Below, one piece after another: positions 10,781 through 19,712 of a DNA stretch of 24,980 bases. The stretch spans positions 1-24,980 of the forward strand of contig DATGZA010000003.1 in the NCBI GenBank assembly GCA_035297365.1, written 5' to 3'. Source of the stretch: Nitrososphaeraceae archaeon (GTDB lineage: Archaea; Thermoproteota; Nitrososphaeria; Nitrososphaerales; Nitrososphaeraceae). A program made the translations under genes and the position numbers. How positions within the stretch are numbered: position 1 is the first letter of the stretch; every line of letters begins with the position of its first letter. The notes beneath the pieces were generated by a model. It saw only the letters and a list, made by a program, of their open reading frames with translations, did not search any database and had not been told where the DNA came from.

Positions 10781-11064
10781 TAAATCGTCTTCAAAATGGA
10801 ATCTTTTTTTCTCTGACATTTACATTGTCAATTATGGTAGGATTAATCATAATTCCTGTATATGCAATTTCCGAAGAGACAAATCAAACCCTTAAAAATA
10901 CCGGCAAATCAATTAATCAAACGGCAGAAGAAGCACAAGCTAATGCATCTAAAGTTGGCTCAGAATTATTGAATAAAACTGGAGAAGCGGCCCAAGGACT
11001 TGCTAAGGGTACAGGAGAAGTATTATCCGATATAGGCGAAGGTATAAAAGATTTAGCAAAATAG
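10777..11064 (+). CDS. Secreted helical LEA/apolipoprotein-like protein
   Basis: Signal peptide ending PVYA, amphipathic A/G/E/K-rich body, 4 sequons, C-terminus SDIGEGIKDLAK. Confidence 0.75.
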   Translation: MINRLQNGIFFSLTFTLSIMVGLIIIPVYAISEETNQTLKNTGKSINQTAEEAQANASKVGSELLNKTGEAAQGLAKGTGEVLSDIGEGIKDLAK

Positions 11065-11927
11065 AGAAAATTAGATTATCGTTCCTAACATTTATTATTT
11101 TATATTTTTTGATACTAAAGTATAAAGTAAATCCAAATTGTCTAAATATTATATCTTTTAGTTTAGTAGTCTAATTTATATGGACCCTTCAACTTTAATC
11201 CCAAATTCTAATATTTTAAATTATATCGCCCTTAGATCGACATTAAATTGGTGTCTGACTTAATTCATTTATTATTGTAAAAAGGTATATCAGTTATTTA
11301 TATTCTATATTGTCTGAACGATCGAGACCTGTTCGATTAACGACAAAATTACTAGAATAATAGTCAAGGAAAATCAATTACTTTTTTTAATTAAAATTAA
11401 TAACTTTGCTAATATACACAATAATCCTAATAATGAGTTTAAATATTAATTTTATTTTACTTTTTGGTATCTTATGCACGTCAATATTATAATCTTGAAC
11501 ATAAACCGCAGAATTATAAATTATTTTAATCCGAGTGTGACAGCAACCAGATTTTTATTCCATTGAATCAAAATATGGAATAGTAAGAATCGTGTGTTGA
11601 TTTATTTTGATTATAAATATCTAAGACCGTGTATTCTAGTTTGTTGCCATCCACTCTTATGCCAATGTGTATATTTCTATCCTTATTATAAAAACGAAAT
11701 ATAACAACATATAATTAAGTTCTTCAAATAACCATATAGATAAAGTAATAATAGAACTACAATGATTTCAATGCAAAGATTGGTAGTTAATTAATTAAGC
11801 ACAATCTGGAAGAAATTTGAGAGGTAATTAAGAATCTATTATAATTAATGGCACATGATATAATAAAAATGTATATAAAATTGCTAGTCAATCACTACTG
11901 TTCAAAAAACCAAAATTATAAAAAAAA

Positions 11928-12398
11928 TTATTGTCCAAAAGGACTTTCTAATTTAGCTCCTGCGGCTACATCAGATCCAAGTGGGTCTACATCGTCTTTT
12001 GGTTCCTCAGTGATCACAAACTGTGAGTAGGTATACGGATTCACCATTTTCTGAGTGAAGTTTAACTCATTATTGTCAAATTGACCTAGGCTCAATTTGT
12101 ATCCTGATCCACTAGCATCTTCTAACCATCCTTCATATACTCTGTCTTGGGGTGCAGCTATATCAATTTGGGCGTGCAACTTTAATTTATTATCTTGGGC
12201 AGAAATCATCAAGGTTCCTTTTTTTTCACCACCATAAGGAGTGGAGGCTTCTGGGGCAGTAAGATCTATCTGTGTTTCCTGTGCTAGAACAAGCTGGAAT
12301 AACATTGGGCTCGTTAAGGCTATAGATATTATAATTGCTATTGCATAGCTAATTTTTACGTTTGACTCTTTTGTATGTAAAGAACATTTCTCTTTCAT
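11928..12398 (-). CDS. Secreted protein with an anti-sigma-K (RskA) C-terminal-like domain
   Basis: Signal peptide ending VLAQ; VYEGWL...SLGQF...FVITEEP pattern resembles the RskA extracellular domain. Start placed at ATG12398 rather than TTG12467. Confidence 0.7.
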   Translation of the reverse strand: MKEKCSLHTKESNVKISYAIAIIISIALTSPMLFQLVLAQETQIDLTAPEASTPYGGEKKGTLMISAQDNKLKLHAQIDIAAPQDRVYEGWLEDASGSGYKLSLGQFDNNELNFTQKMVNPYTYSQFVITEEPKDDVDPLGSDVAAGAKLESPFGQ

Positions 12399-12665
12399 AA
12401 TTCTATTTGTACAATAAACTATAAATCTGATTATGAACTTGATTATTTTAGAATATTTGTCTTCCAAACAAAACTATAAACTTAAGTAAGCAAATCCTGT
12501 CATATTACCATCTAATTATAAATTTATAAATTTAATAAAATTATTAATTTTATTAATTCATAAAATAATTAAGGATCATACAGGTAAAATTTTTTTGTTA
12601 TATAGATTGAAGGTTTTTAGTGCTAACAGAGTGTAGAGGTTTAATCTCTTTCTTTTCTGTTATAC

Positions 12666-13227
12666 TTATGATGGCTTTAGACATTTATATTCCGTATTTA
12701 CTTCTAAAATTTCATTTTTCAGGTAATGATCTTATTCATGTTTGTGCTATTTCCTCTTGTCTAACGAAAATATCTTTGAAGAGATGTTCCGTAGTATGGT
12801 ATTGATTTTTATTAGTAAACTCAATTTTTTCTCGGATGTCTTTAATGATTTTCTTCTCTGTTTCTATATAAAGGTTAGCATATTTCTTAAAATTATCTTA
12901 TCTTCTTCAAATTTACCTTTGAAATCTCTTCAAATTTAGATCAGATCTGGGTATGCCTCAAAATTCTACCATTCTCTCAGCAATGAGGTCTGCTTGTGTG
13001 GAAATAGGTTTTGCATATTCGTCTAATGGTACATGTATATACTTTCGGTAAGGTCCTTCAATTAACCAATGATACTTCTTTATTTGAAAAAAATCAGATA
13101 AAAAGTTGCAAGATTTGCATTTAACTTATCTACAATTTGTTTTGTATACTTACGAGGTAATTCTGTTGGGTTTTCATGTTGCCCGTATTTAGTTTTATTT
13201 GATTTTTTTTGTTGTATGACAATTCAT
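12666..13227 (-). pseudogene. dps: Decayed Dps/DpsA (DNA-protection ferritin-like) gene
   Basis: Fragments stitched across frames: ENPTELPRKYTKQIVDKLNANLATFYLI / FQIKKYHWLIEGPYRKYIHVPLDEYA..QADLIAERMVEF*GIP / KFEEDKIILRNML / IIKDIREKIEF..YHTTEHLFKDIFVRQEEIA / HE*DHYLKNE. These match Dps signatures HWxxxG..H...DE and DxxAER...GGxP. Several frameshifts and in-frame stops (e.g. TGA 12958-12960). Ends approximate. Confidence 0.85.
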
Positions 13228-13413
13228 AATAATAATCCAATAATATATTTTAAACAAAATATATATGGATTAAAGATGAAAATAAAGAGAAAATAAATAT
13301 TGATATTAATAGTTTTATAGATTATTATATTGAAGCAGTTTTTTTAAATGAAGGAATGCGAGACGAAAACTAGCTAATATGTATATAAGAAATAAGAGCT
13401 TATCAGTATTAAA

Positions 13414-14187
13414 TTGATTAAGGATGAAAATGATAATATTGCAATGTGTAATACAATAGTGAATTTTATAAGAGAAGAAGTACAAAAAAGGAAATCACAA
13501 GGGATAATTGTAGGTTTGAGCGGTGGAATAGATTCTTCTTTAGTTGGACTATTAGCAGTTAAAGCCTTAGGAAAGCAAAGGGTATTTGCGTTAATGCTTC
13601 CAGATTCTTCCGTCACTCCAGGAGGTGACACGAAGGATGCTATAAATTTAGCAAAGAATTTAAAAATAAGATATAAGGTAATAGATCTAAAAAAGATCAA
13701 AAAGGAATTAGTAAACAAACTCCCTAAAAATAAAATGGCTGTCGCAAATCTTTTAGTGAGGCTAAGAATGTCAATGCTTTACTATTATGCAACTGCAAAG
13801 CACAGATTGGTTTTAGGGACAGGAGATAAAAGTGAAATTATGTTAGGCTATTATACAAAATACGGAGATGGAGGTGTTGATCTACTACCTATTGGGGATC
13901 TTTATAAAACACAGGTAAGATGCGTTGCTCAATATTTGGAGATTCCAATGAAAATAATTAACAAAAAAAGCAGCGCTCGTTTGTGGAAGCGTCAAACTGC
14001 CGAAAAAGAATTAGGTATAGAATATGAAGAAATTGACAAGATTTTACAATTCATAGCAGATAAAAACTCAGAACGTTCTTTGTTTAGCAACTCCGATATT
14101 ACTAAAAGAAAAATTTTAAAAGTAAAGTCACTTATTGAAAAAAATCAACATAAGCAAGAAATGCCACCAGTTTGTAAATTGAAATAA
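13414..14187 (+). CDS. nadE: NH3-dependent NAD+ synthetase
   Basis: PP-loop GLSGGIDSS, NLLVRLRM, GTGDKSE, GYYTKYGDGG, DLYKTQV; no glutaminase domain. Confidence 0.95.
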   Translation: MIKDENDNIAMCNTIVNFIREEVQKRKSQGIIVGLSGGIDSSLVGLLAVKALGKQRVFALMLPDSSVTPGGDTKDAINLAKNLKIRYKVIDLKKIKKELVNKLPKNKMAVANLLVRLRMSMLYYYATAKHRLVLGTGDKSEIMLGYYTKYGDGGVDLLPIGDLYKTQVRCVAQYLEIPMKIINKKSSARLWKRQTAEKELGIEYEEIDKILQFIADKNSERSLFSNSDITKRKILKVKSLIEKNQHKQEMPPVCKLK

Positions 14188-14204
14188 ATTTGTATTGGCT
14201 TTTC

Positions 14205-14690
14205 TTACTCCTTGCTAATATTTTGTTTTGCTAATTTTGTACATAATTTCAAATGGTTTGTTTCTTCTTTCAGTATAGATCTAACTGTCGTGGCAAACTT
14301 TCGGCTCTTTATCTTTGTTGCGATCGAAGACAGAACCTCGTAATGAGTAACCTCGGCTCCTTCTGCTAGACATAAAAATTCTAAAGCTTCTTGCTCGTCT
14401 GGTGATTCCCCCAAATAAGTAATCATTATTTTGGATGCTTTTTCAGCCGTTTCCTCAGTAACAGAATTAATATTATCTATATTTAATCCCTCGGCCTCAG
14501 CAATATGTTTAGTGAGTTCTTCCATCTTGATCTGTTGCTCGTTTGCTTCTTTTTTCATAGTCATCAGTTTTTTTTCATGTTCAGATTTTATCAATCCTTT
14601 TGACTTTAGTTCTACCACCGCATTTTGAGCTGCTTTCTCTAAACCGATTGCTTCCCCAATTTTTTGTTCTATTATTTTCTTTTCTACCAT
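14205..14690 (-). CDS. Ferritin-like four-helix-bundle protein (YciF/DUF892-like)
   Basis: All-helical 161 aa with LEKAA, KEANEQ, AEGAEVTHYEVL and LKEETNH (ExxH) putative metal ligands. Confidence 0.75.
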   Translation of the reverse strand: MVEKKIIEQKIGEAIGLEKAAQNAVVELKSKGLIKSEHEKKLMTMKKEANEQQIKMEELTKHIAEAEGLNIDNINSVTEETAEKASKIMITYLGESPDEQEALEFLCLAEGAEVTHYEVLSSIATKIKSRKFATTVRSILKEETNHLKLCTKLAKQNISKE

Positions 14691-15294
14691 TATATCTACA
14701 TATTAATGATACAATATAGTTTATAACGATTAATAAGAAAAATGTAAATGGTATAGTTGTTGCTTACAATTAATTGCTTCTATCTTGGCTAAATTAAAAA
14801 CTTAATCAGTATAATGTAATGTTAACCCAGATCTACAACAGTATTTCCTAGCTTTTCTCGCCATCGTTTTTCAATCTGTTATGAATGAGACAACTTTCAT
14901 TGCGTCTTGTTCCCGATGTTAAACACTAATTTATGATTTTTATTCCACAAAATTTCAATTTTTGATCCTTATAACATTCAGATGTGCTAAAGATCCCAGG
15001 AACATAGTGCAAGGAATAGAAATACAAATTGTAGGCAAATGCATGTGGTTATCATATATCCACTGGATTTAACTCATTATTTTAGATTTTTGTATCCAAC
15101 AGATATCTTTTTCGCCCTAAAACGAATCAAAGTAATTCAAATAATAACAGTAAAAACTATTAATACTTTAGTTTGCTCGTCAGAGGAAAAGAAGATTGGA
15201 CTGTTAATGAAACGGATATAGATTTATTTGCATAAAAAGAAAGACAATCGTACAACTAAAAATCCAAAATCTACTATTATTCAAGAAATATATT

Positions 15295-15757
15295 TTATAT
15301 GTCAACGGGGCCAAAATGCTTTTCCAATCTGTGTTGTTCTAGGTTTTGACCATTTTCAAACTGTTCTGAGCAGCTATCACCCAAAAATTTACTTAGTATC
15401 TCCTTTTTTCTTCCTTTGTACCTTTAGATATAGAAAAGGCATTATATCGAATCACCTCTTTTTGGAAAGGATTAGGAAGTATAGGATATGATTTTCCTTT
15501 TAAGTCTGATGGTCTATGTTTTTTTAATAATTCATGACCATGTTTTAGTTGCGATTCTTTCAAATTTAAAAAAATTTTATTATTGTCTCTCGATTTTCGA
15601 ACTATAGCTTCATAATGTACATGAAACTCTTCACAATTAAAAAGATCTTTTTAAAAACAATGAAGTATTTCTTATTTTTTTTATCTATGCCCTTTACCTT
15701 ACCAATATTCTTATCATCTAAAGTAATTGTTTCGGACCCTTTAATATTACGAATCAT
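15295..15757 (-). pseudogene. Frameshifted PRC-barrel-like + C2H2 zinc-finger gene
   Basis: ATG15757 overlaps the upstream TGA (ATGA). Reads MIRNIKGSETITLDDKNIGKVKGID...YFIVFKK / LFNCEEFHVHYEAI...QLKHGHE...EVIRYNAF / EILSKFLGDSCSEQFENGQNLEQHRLEKHFGPVDI*. Two one-base frameshifts near 15645 and 15405; the first Zn-ligand Cys is replaced by Gly (GGT). Confidence 0.7.
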
Positions 15758-15972
15758 TTATGTATTTCTTTCTCTAATGCCTCTTTCAAAATATGTAAAT
15801 GTCTTATTCTATCTTTTTTTATATTTTCCCATAGATTTACCAAATCATCTCTATTGGATTTTTTTGCATCCTCGCGATATTTATTAATAGTATCATATAG
15901 AAAATTCGCGTCATGTCCTAAAGCTATTAAAATATTGTATGTATTATTGTCCAATTCAATATTTTCACCCAT
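15754..15972 (-). CDS. Small two-helix (half ferritin-like) protein
   Basis: 72 aa helix-loop-helix, DNNTYNIL...KYREDA...LWENIKKDRIRHL with a D-x3-H pair in helix 2. Confidence 0.75.
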   Translation of the reverse strand: MGENIELDNNTYNILIALGHDANFLYDTINKYREDAKKSNRDDLVNLWENIKKDRIRHLHILKEALEKEIHK

Positions 15973-16412
15973 AATTAGATCTATACTTTATAGTATAAAA
16001 AAGTATGGGGAAGTCTCTGCTAGTTAGGGATAAATAATTTTGAATATTAATCTAATTAAGATAAATGGTAAGCGAAAATGTTTTATTAGGATCACAAAAT
16101 GACCTAACTTTGTCTTGTTAATGCACAATGAAATATGTTTGGATTCATCAAAAGGCCTAAAATTACCCATTAAAGATTTTATTAATATTAAGTTATTCTA
16201 AATATTTTTATTGCCAAACCGATGAATCAAAAATTAGTAATATCTGATATTCCATCTACTTCTAATCAATCAATTTTATCACTTCTATCTATCCTGGCAT
16301 ACTGTTTGGCAGGCAGCATTTTCGTTATTTTTAACGGTAGCAAAACCTTGTTAAAAGTACTAAGAAGTAATAATTGAATAAGGCTTATAAAAAATGAAAA
16401 ACATTGTATATT

Positions 16413-16556
16413 ATGAGCAAAAAACCCAAAAAAAAGATTGAAAGAAAAGAAACCGAAGAGGATTTAAAAAATCAAAGCCTTGAAGAAATAAAAAAGGAAT
16501 TTGAACCGTTCGAAGTTGAATCAACAGGAGGGGGCGAGGGGGCAGGAGGTGGATGA
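16413..16556 (+). CDS. 47-aa charged microprotein with Gly-rich C-terminus (missed by the ORF track)
   Basis: MSKKPKKKIERKETEEDLKNQSLEEIKKEFEPFEVESTGGGEGAGGG*; TATA-like CTTATAAA at about 16384-16391; GC-rich Gly codons stand out from the flanking AT-rich DNA. Confidence 0.7.
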   Translation: MSKKPKKKIERKETEEDLKNQSLEEIKKEFEPFEVESTGGGEGAGGG

Positions 16557-16636
16557 CAGGTGTAGACATGTTTGATTGCTGGAACTAAATTAAATTACTG
16601 ACATTCTTGTTGATTAAACCTACAATTCCACACAGA

Positions 16637-16945
16637 TCAATTGACCATCCATTTATTGATTATAAAATAGTTAGTCGGATTGGCCGATGAAGAAAAATAT
16701 TGAACGTCAAATACTCCATTGATTTTATATTCAAATAGGTCCCGTTCTGATAACATAAACCAAAAATTAATCCCATCAAATCCGTAAATACGTTTTTTTG
16801 GTAAATAAAATATTTCTCCATTATCTTTTTGTGTAATTATATTTTTATCTAGTATTTTTTTTATTTTTCCAATACTTTTTCCCCCTATTAGTCTGGCAAT
16901 CTTATCAATGGGATCATGGCTATAAATATTATGGAATGTATACAT
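16637..16945 (-). CDS. Hypothetical PRC-barrel-like protein
   Basis: KIARLIGGKSIGKIKKI...IITQKDNGEIFYLPKKRIYGFDGINFWF resembles small beta-barrel domains seen in Nitrososphaerales. Start placed at ATG16945. Confidence 0.55.
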   Translation of the reverse strand: MYTFHNIYSHDPIDKIARLIGGKSIGKIKKILDKNIITQKDNGEIFYLPKKRIYGFDGINFWFMLSERDLFEYKINGVFDVQYFSSSANPTNYFIINKWMVN

Positions 16946-17112
16946 AATATTTATAGTAATACATAATATATAAAAATATGTAAGCAATTTCTAAAGTGTA
17001 CAATTATACCCGCATTAAGACTATTAATTACTATGTTGATTAAGATACAAATCCTAGAAAAGTAAAGATATATATTAAAAAATTTTAAAAAAATAGGTGT
17101 AAAGATTAATTA

Positions 17113-17622
17113 TTATTTTTGCTCGTTATCGTCATCGTTATCGTCGTTATTATTTTGCTGGTTGTCATTATTTGCATTTTGACCCATCATCATTTGGGGA
17201 TTTCCTTGATTTGCTTTCATCATATCAGTTTCGGCTTTTAATAATTCAATTTGGATATTCGTTATTCCATCTAGTGTCTTTGGAACATCTGATTTTGCTA
17301 TAGATTCTTTTATAGCCTGGATATCACCTACAAATGGTGGTTGTTCTCCTTTAACAAGCAATAGTTGATTTTCGACATTTGTAACTTCTGTCAATGCATT
17401 TTCAAAATTTCCTGTGGAAACGGCATCTTTTGCATTAACAAGCGCGTCTTTGAGATCTCCTATATTTAATGACATTAAAGACATTGTCTCATTTGATGCA
17501 GCCTGAGGTTGACCTTGGCTTGATGAAATTTCGGAATTGTTTTGTGCCTGGATGTTGGGAACTAGTATTGAAATGGCAACGAACCCAATAGCAATTATTA
17601 CATACTTGGATAGATCTTTCAT
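17113..17622 (-). CDS. Secreted helical protein with N/Q/D-rich low-complexity tail
   Basis: Signal peptide ending IQAQ; two imperfect helical repeats (LVNAKDAV..ALTEVTNVENQLL and IQAIKESI..TLDGITNIQIELL); tail NNDNQQNNNDDNDDDNEQK. Confidence 0.85.
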   Translation of the reverse strand: MKDLSKYVIIAIGFVAISILVPNIQAQNNSEISSSQGQPQAASNETMSLMSLNIGDLKDALVNAKDAVSTGNFENALTEVTNVENQLLLVKGEQPPFVGDIQAIKESIAKSDVPKTLDGITNIQIELLKAETDMMKANQGNPQMMMGQNANNDNQQNNNDDNDDDNEQK

Positions 17623-17873
17623 TCCATTATATAATATACATAATAGTTAATATAGATGTAAAAAATACAAATTAAACATATAAGAGCTTTTACATAGTGG
17701 ATATTTATTTTTTAATATGTTGTAATTTATTAATTAACATAATTTTAGATTATACATACGTCCCTTGATTGAAAAAGTTACTGGATTGAATATATTCTAT
17801 ACTTACTAAAAAATCTAAACAGTTGATTTTTTTCGGACATCTTCTAATTAAAAAATAAATAATAGTACTATTG

Positions 17874-18260
17874 CTACCTGTTATCCAGTATAGCTTCCCT
17901 AGAAATTAACATGAATACTTTATCTGCCACATTCTCGGGGCTCATTGGTTTTAAGGTAAATTCATCTGCCCCGTAACCCAAGAGTCTAGTTTTTTCAGAA
18001 TCTTCTTCAGCAATCACCAAGATTTTAATATTATTATTTATCTCTTTAATGCTTAATACAATCTTTAGGTATCTGTCGGATGCGATATCGCCGCTAATTA
18101 TTACTACATCTACCTTTCCTTTGAATTCTTTTATTTTTTTAATGCAGTCTTCTCCTGTGGTGAACTTGTGGGCTTCAATACCCTTTAAACACAGCATCCC
18201 CGATAACAGTATGTTGGCGTCCTCATCTTGCTGAACGACAAAAACTCTTGGTTTTTGCAT
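17874..18260 (-). CDS. Atypical (pseudo-)receiver domain protein, stand-alone
   Basis: REC fold pattern (RVFVVQQDED, FTTGEDC, VDVVIISGD, GADEFTLKPMSPE); lacks the canonical phospho-Asp and intact acidic pocket. Start placed at ATG18260. Confidence 0.85.
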   Translation of the reverse strand: MQKPRVFVVQQDEDANILLSGMLCLKGIEAHKFTTGEDCIKKIKEFKGKVDVVIISGDIASDRYLKIVLSIKEINNNIKILVIAEEDSEKTRLLGYGADEFTLKPMSPENVADKVFMLISREAILDNR

Positions 18261-19081
18261 ATAATCATTTATCAATTTGCTAATATAAACAATGTCAAAA
18301 ATAATAAATGATTTTACAGTCCTAACATCATTAGCTGACATTTAAATGCAACTGCAGTTTGAGTTTGCTAACAAAAGTGAAATTTTCTAGATCGATATTA
18401 TCTACAAGTCAAATCAGAGAAGAGTCTAGGTCGTCCAAATAAAATATTAATTTTTTACTCATTTATAGATAGGATTCTTAAGGTCTAACTCTAAACACAT
18501 CACAATAACATGTATTTTGCAATGATGCATTATTTATCTTGGTTGTGGATAATGCATTATCATCGAATATGTGTAATTAACGGATCGAGATTCGGATATC
18601 GCCCTCGATTTGCGAGGATCCAGGGTCGGCTAATTTTTAACTATCTATCCATTACTTTTATTCTACTACTAAAAGGGTTCATATCCAAGGATAGAAATAA
18701 AAATTAAATGTTTTAAACGATCAATTTTTATAAATCACTTCAAAATTCAAAAATTACCTAATATTTACTTAAACTAGAACTAGGAAAACTATTATTGATA
18801 AGCAATTTTTTCAGTTTATAATATTATGACTATTAGTATGAACAAGAATAATAAATTTTGTTAAAGAAACAAAGTGAAATAATGAATCTAAATTTTTTTG
18901 AATAAAATGTTTATTTACTCATTTATCAAATAAATCAAAATCGAAAATTCATTAGAAGAGGTCGATTCGACCTTATTAGCAACAACACATTCGCACACAT
19001 TTGCTTTCTTATTAGGAATTTTTATTCATTAATGATCCAAATTGTTTTTCTACTTTGCTGCCTAAATAATTGAAATGATGG

Positions 19082-19306
19082 ATGGAATGTTATAAAATGA
19101 GCGAGCACTTGATTGAAAAAAATGCTAAGAATACTTTAGAGATTTTTATAGATATGAAATCCGATTCCACAATTATAGTAGAGCACTTTCCAGGTTATTC
19201 CCTGTACTCTATTCAGGATGATGATGATATAGAAGAACACTTTAGCAGTAAAAGTGATTTTGAAAATATGATAGTTAAAAACAAATGGATGAAATATGAA
19301 TTATGA
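19082..19306 (+). CDS. Small hypothetical protein
   Basis: 74-aa ORF (start may be ATG19097) with globular, acidic composition; no motif recognised. Confidence 0.55.
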   Translation: MECYKMSEHLIEKNAKNTLEIFIDMKSDSTIIVEHFPGYSLYSIQDDDDIEEHFSSKSDFENMIVKNKWMKYEL

Positions 19307-19712
19307 TCTGTATATATCCCTAATTTTTGAAATAATTATTAGCTGCAAATGAAACCAATCTAGCAACATATAATTTTATTATTGCCATTCGATTTTATTA
19401 TCCTGTGTTCCAATAATTTTTAAGTTTTAAGCTATGATTTTTAAATCTTCATCTTGTCCAAGTCGACATTACAAAATTTTTCAGAATTCTCATAATTTGT
19501 AATAACACTTATAAAATTAAACATTGTGTCACGAAATCAAATTTCAATTGTTAAAAAATTCATGTAGCGACAAAATTTCCCTGATAGCTAGTAATCTTAT
19601 GATGCCAAACAGAGATTAATGCTACTTTAATTAGTACTGTTTTGCTTCATTTCGTTTTATGGTAGATGTATAAAGATCAGTGGGACTTTTGGATTAAATC
19701 GCTAATCTTTTA

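Noticed and set aside
12620-12939. Two plus-strand ORFs of 61 and 65 aa
   Set aside because: They are antisense to the Dps pseudogene and have no coding signature of their own.
14640-14665. KIGEAIG match between the ferritin-like protein N-terminus and the C-terminus of the 1302-1736 protein
   Set aside because: Different position and structural context (helix 1 of a bundle versus a terminal tail); probably coincidental.
15395-15660. Programmed -1 ribosomal frameshifting in the PRC/C2H2 gene
   Set aside because: Neither site forms an in-frame X XXY YYZ heptamer (T AAA AAG; A AAA AGG), two shifts would be needed, and a Zn ligand is also mutated.
15228-15887. Plus-strand ORFs of 87 and 90 aa
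   Set aside because: They are antisense shadows of the PRC/C2H2 pseudogene and the 72-aa ferritin-like gene.
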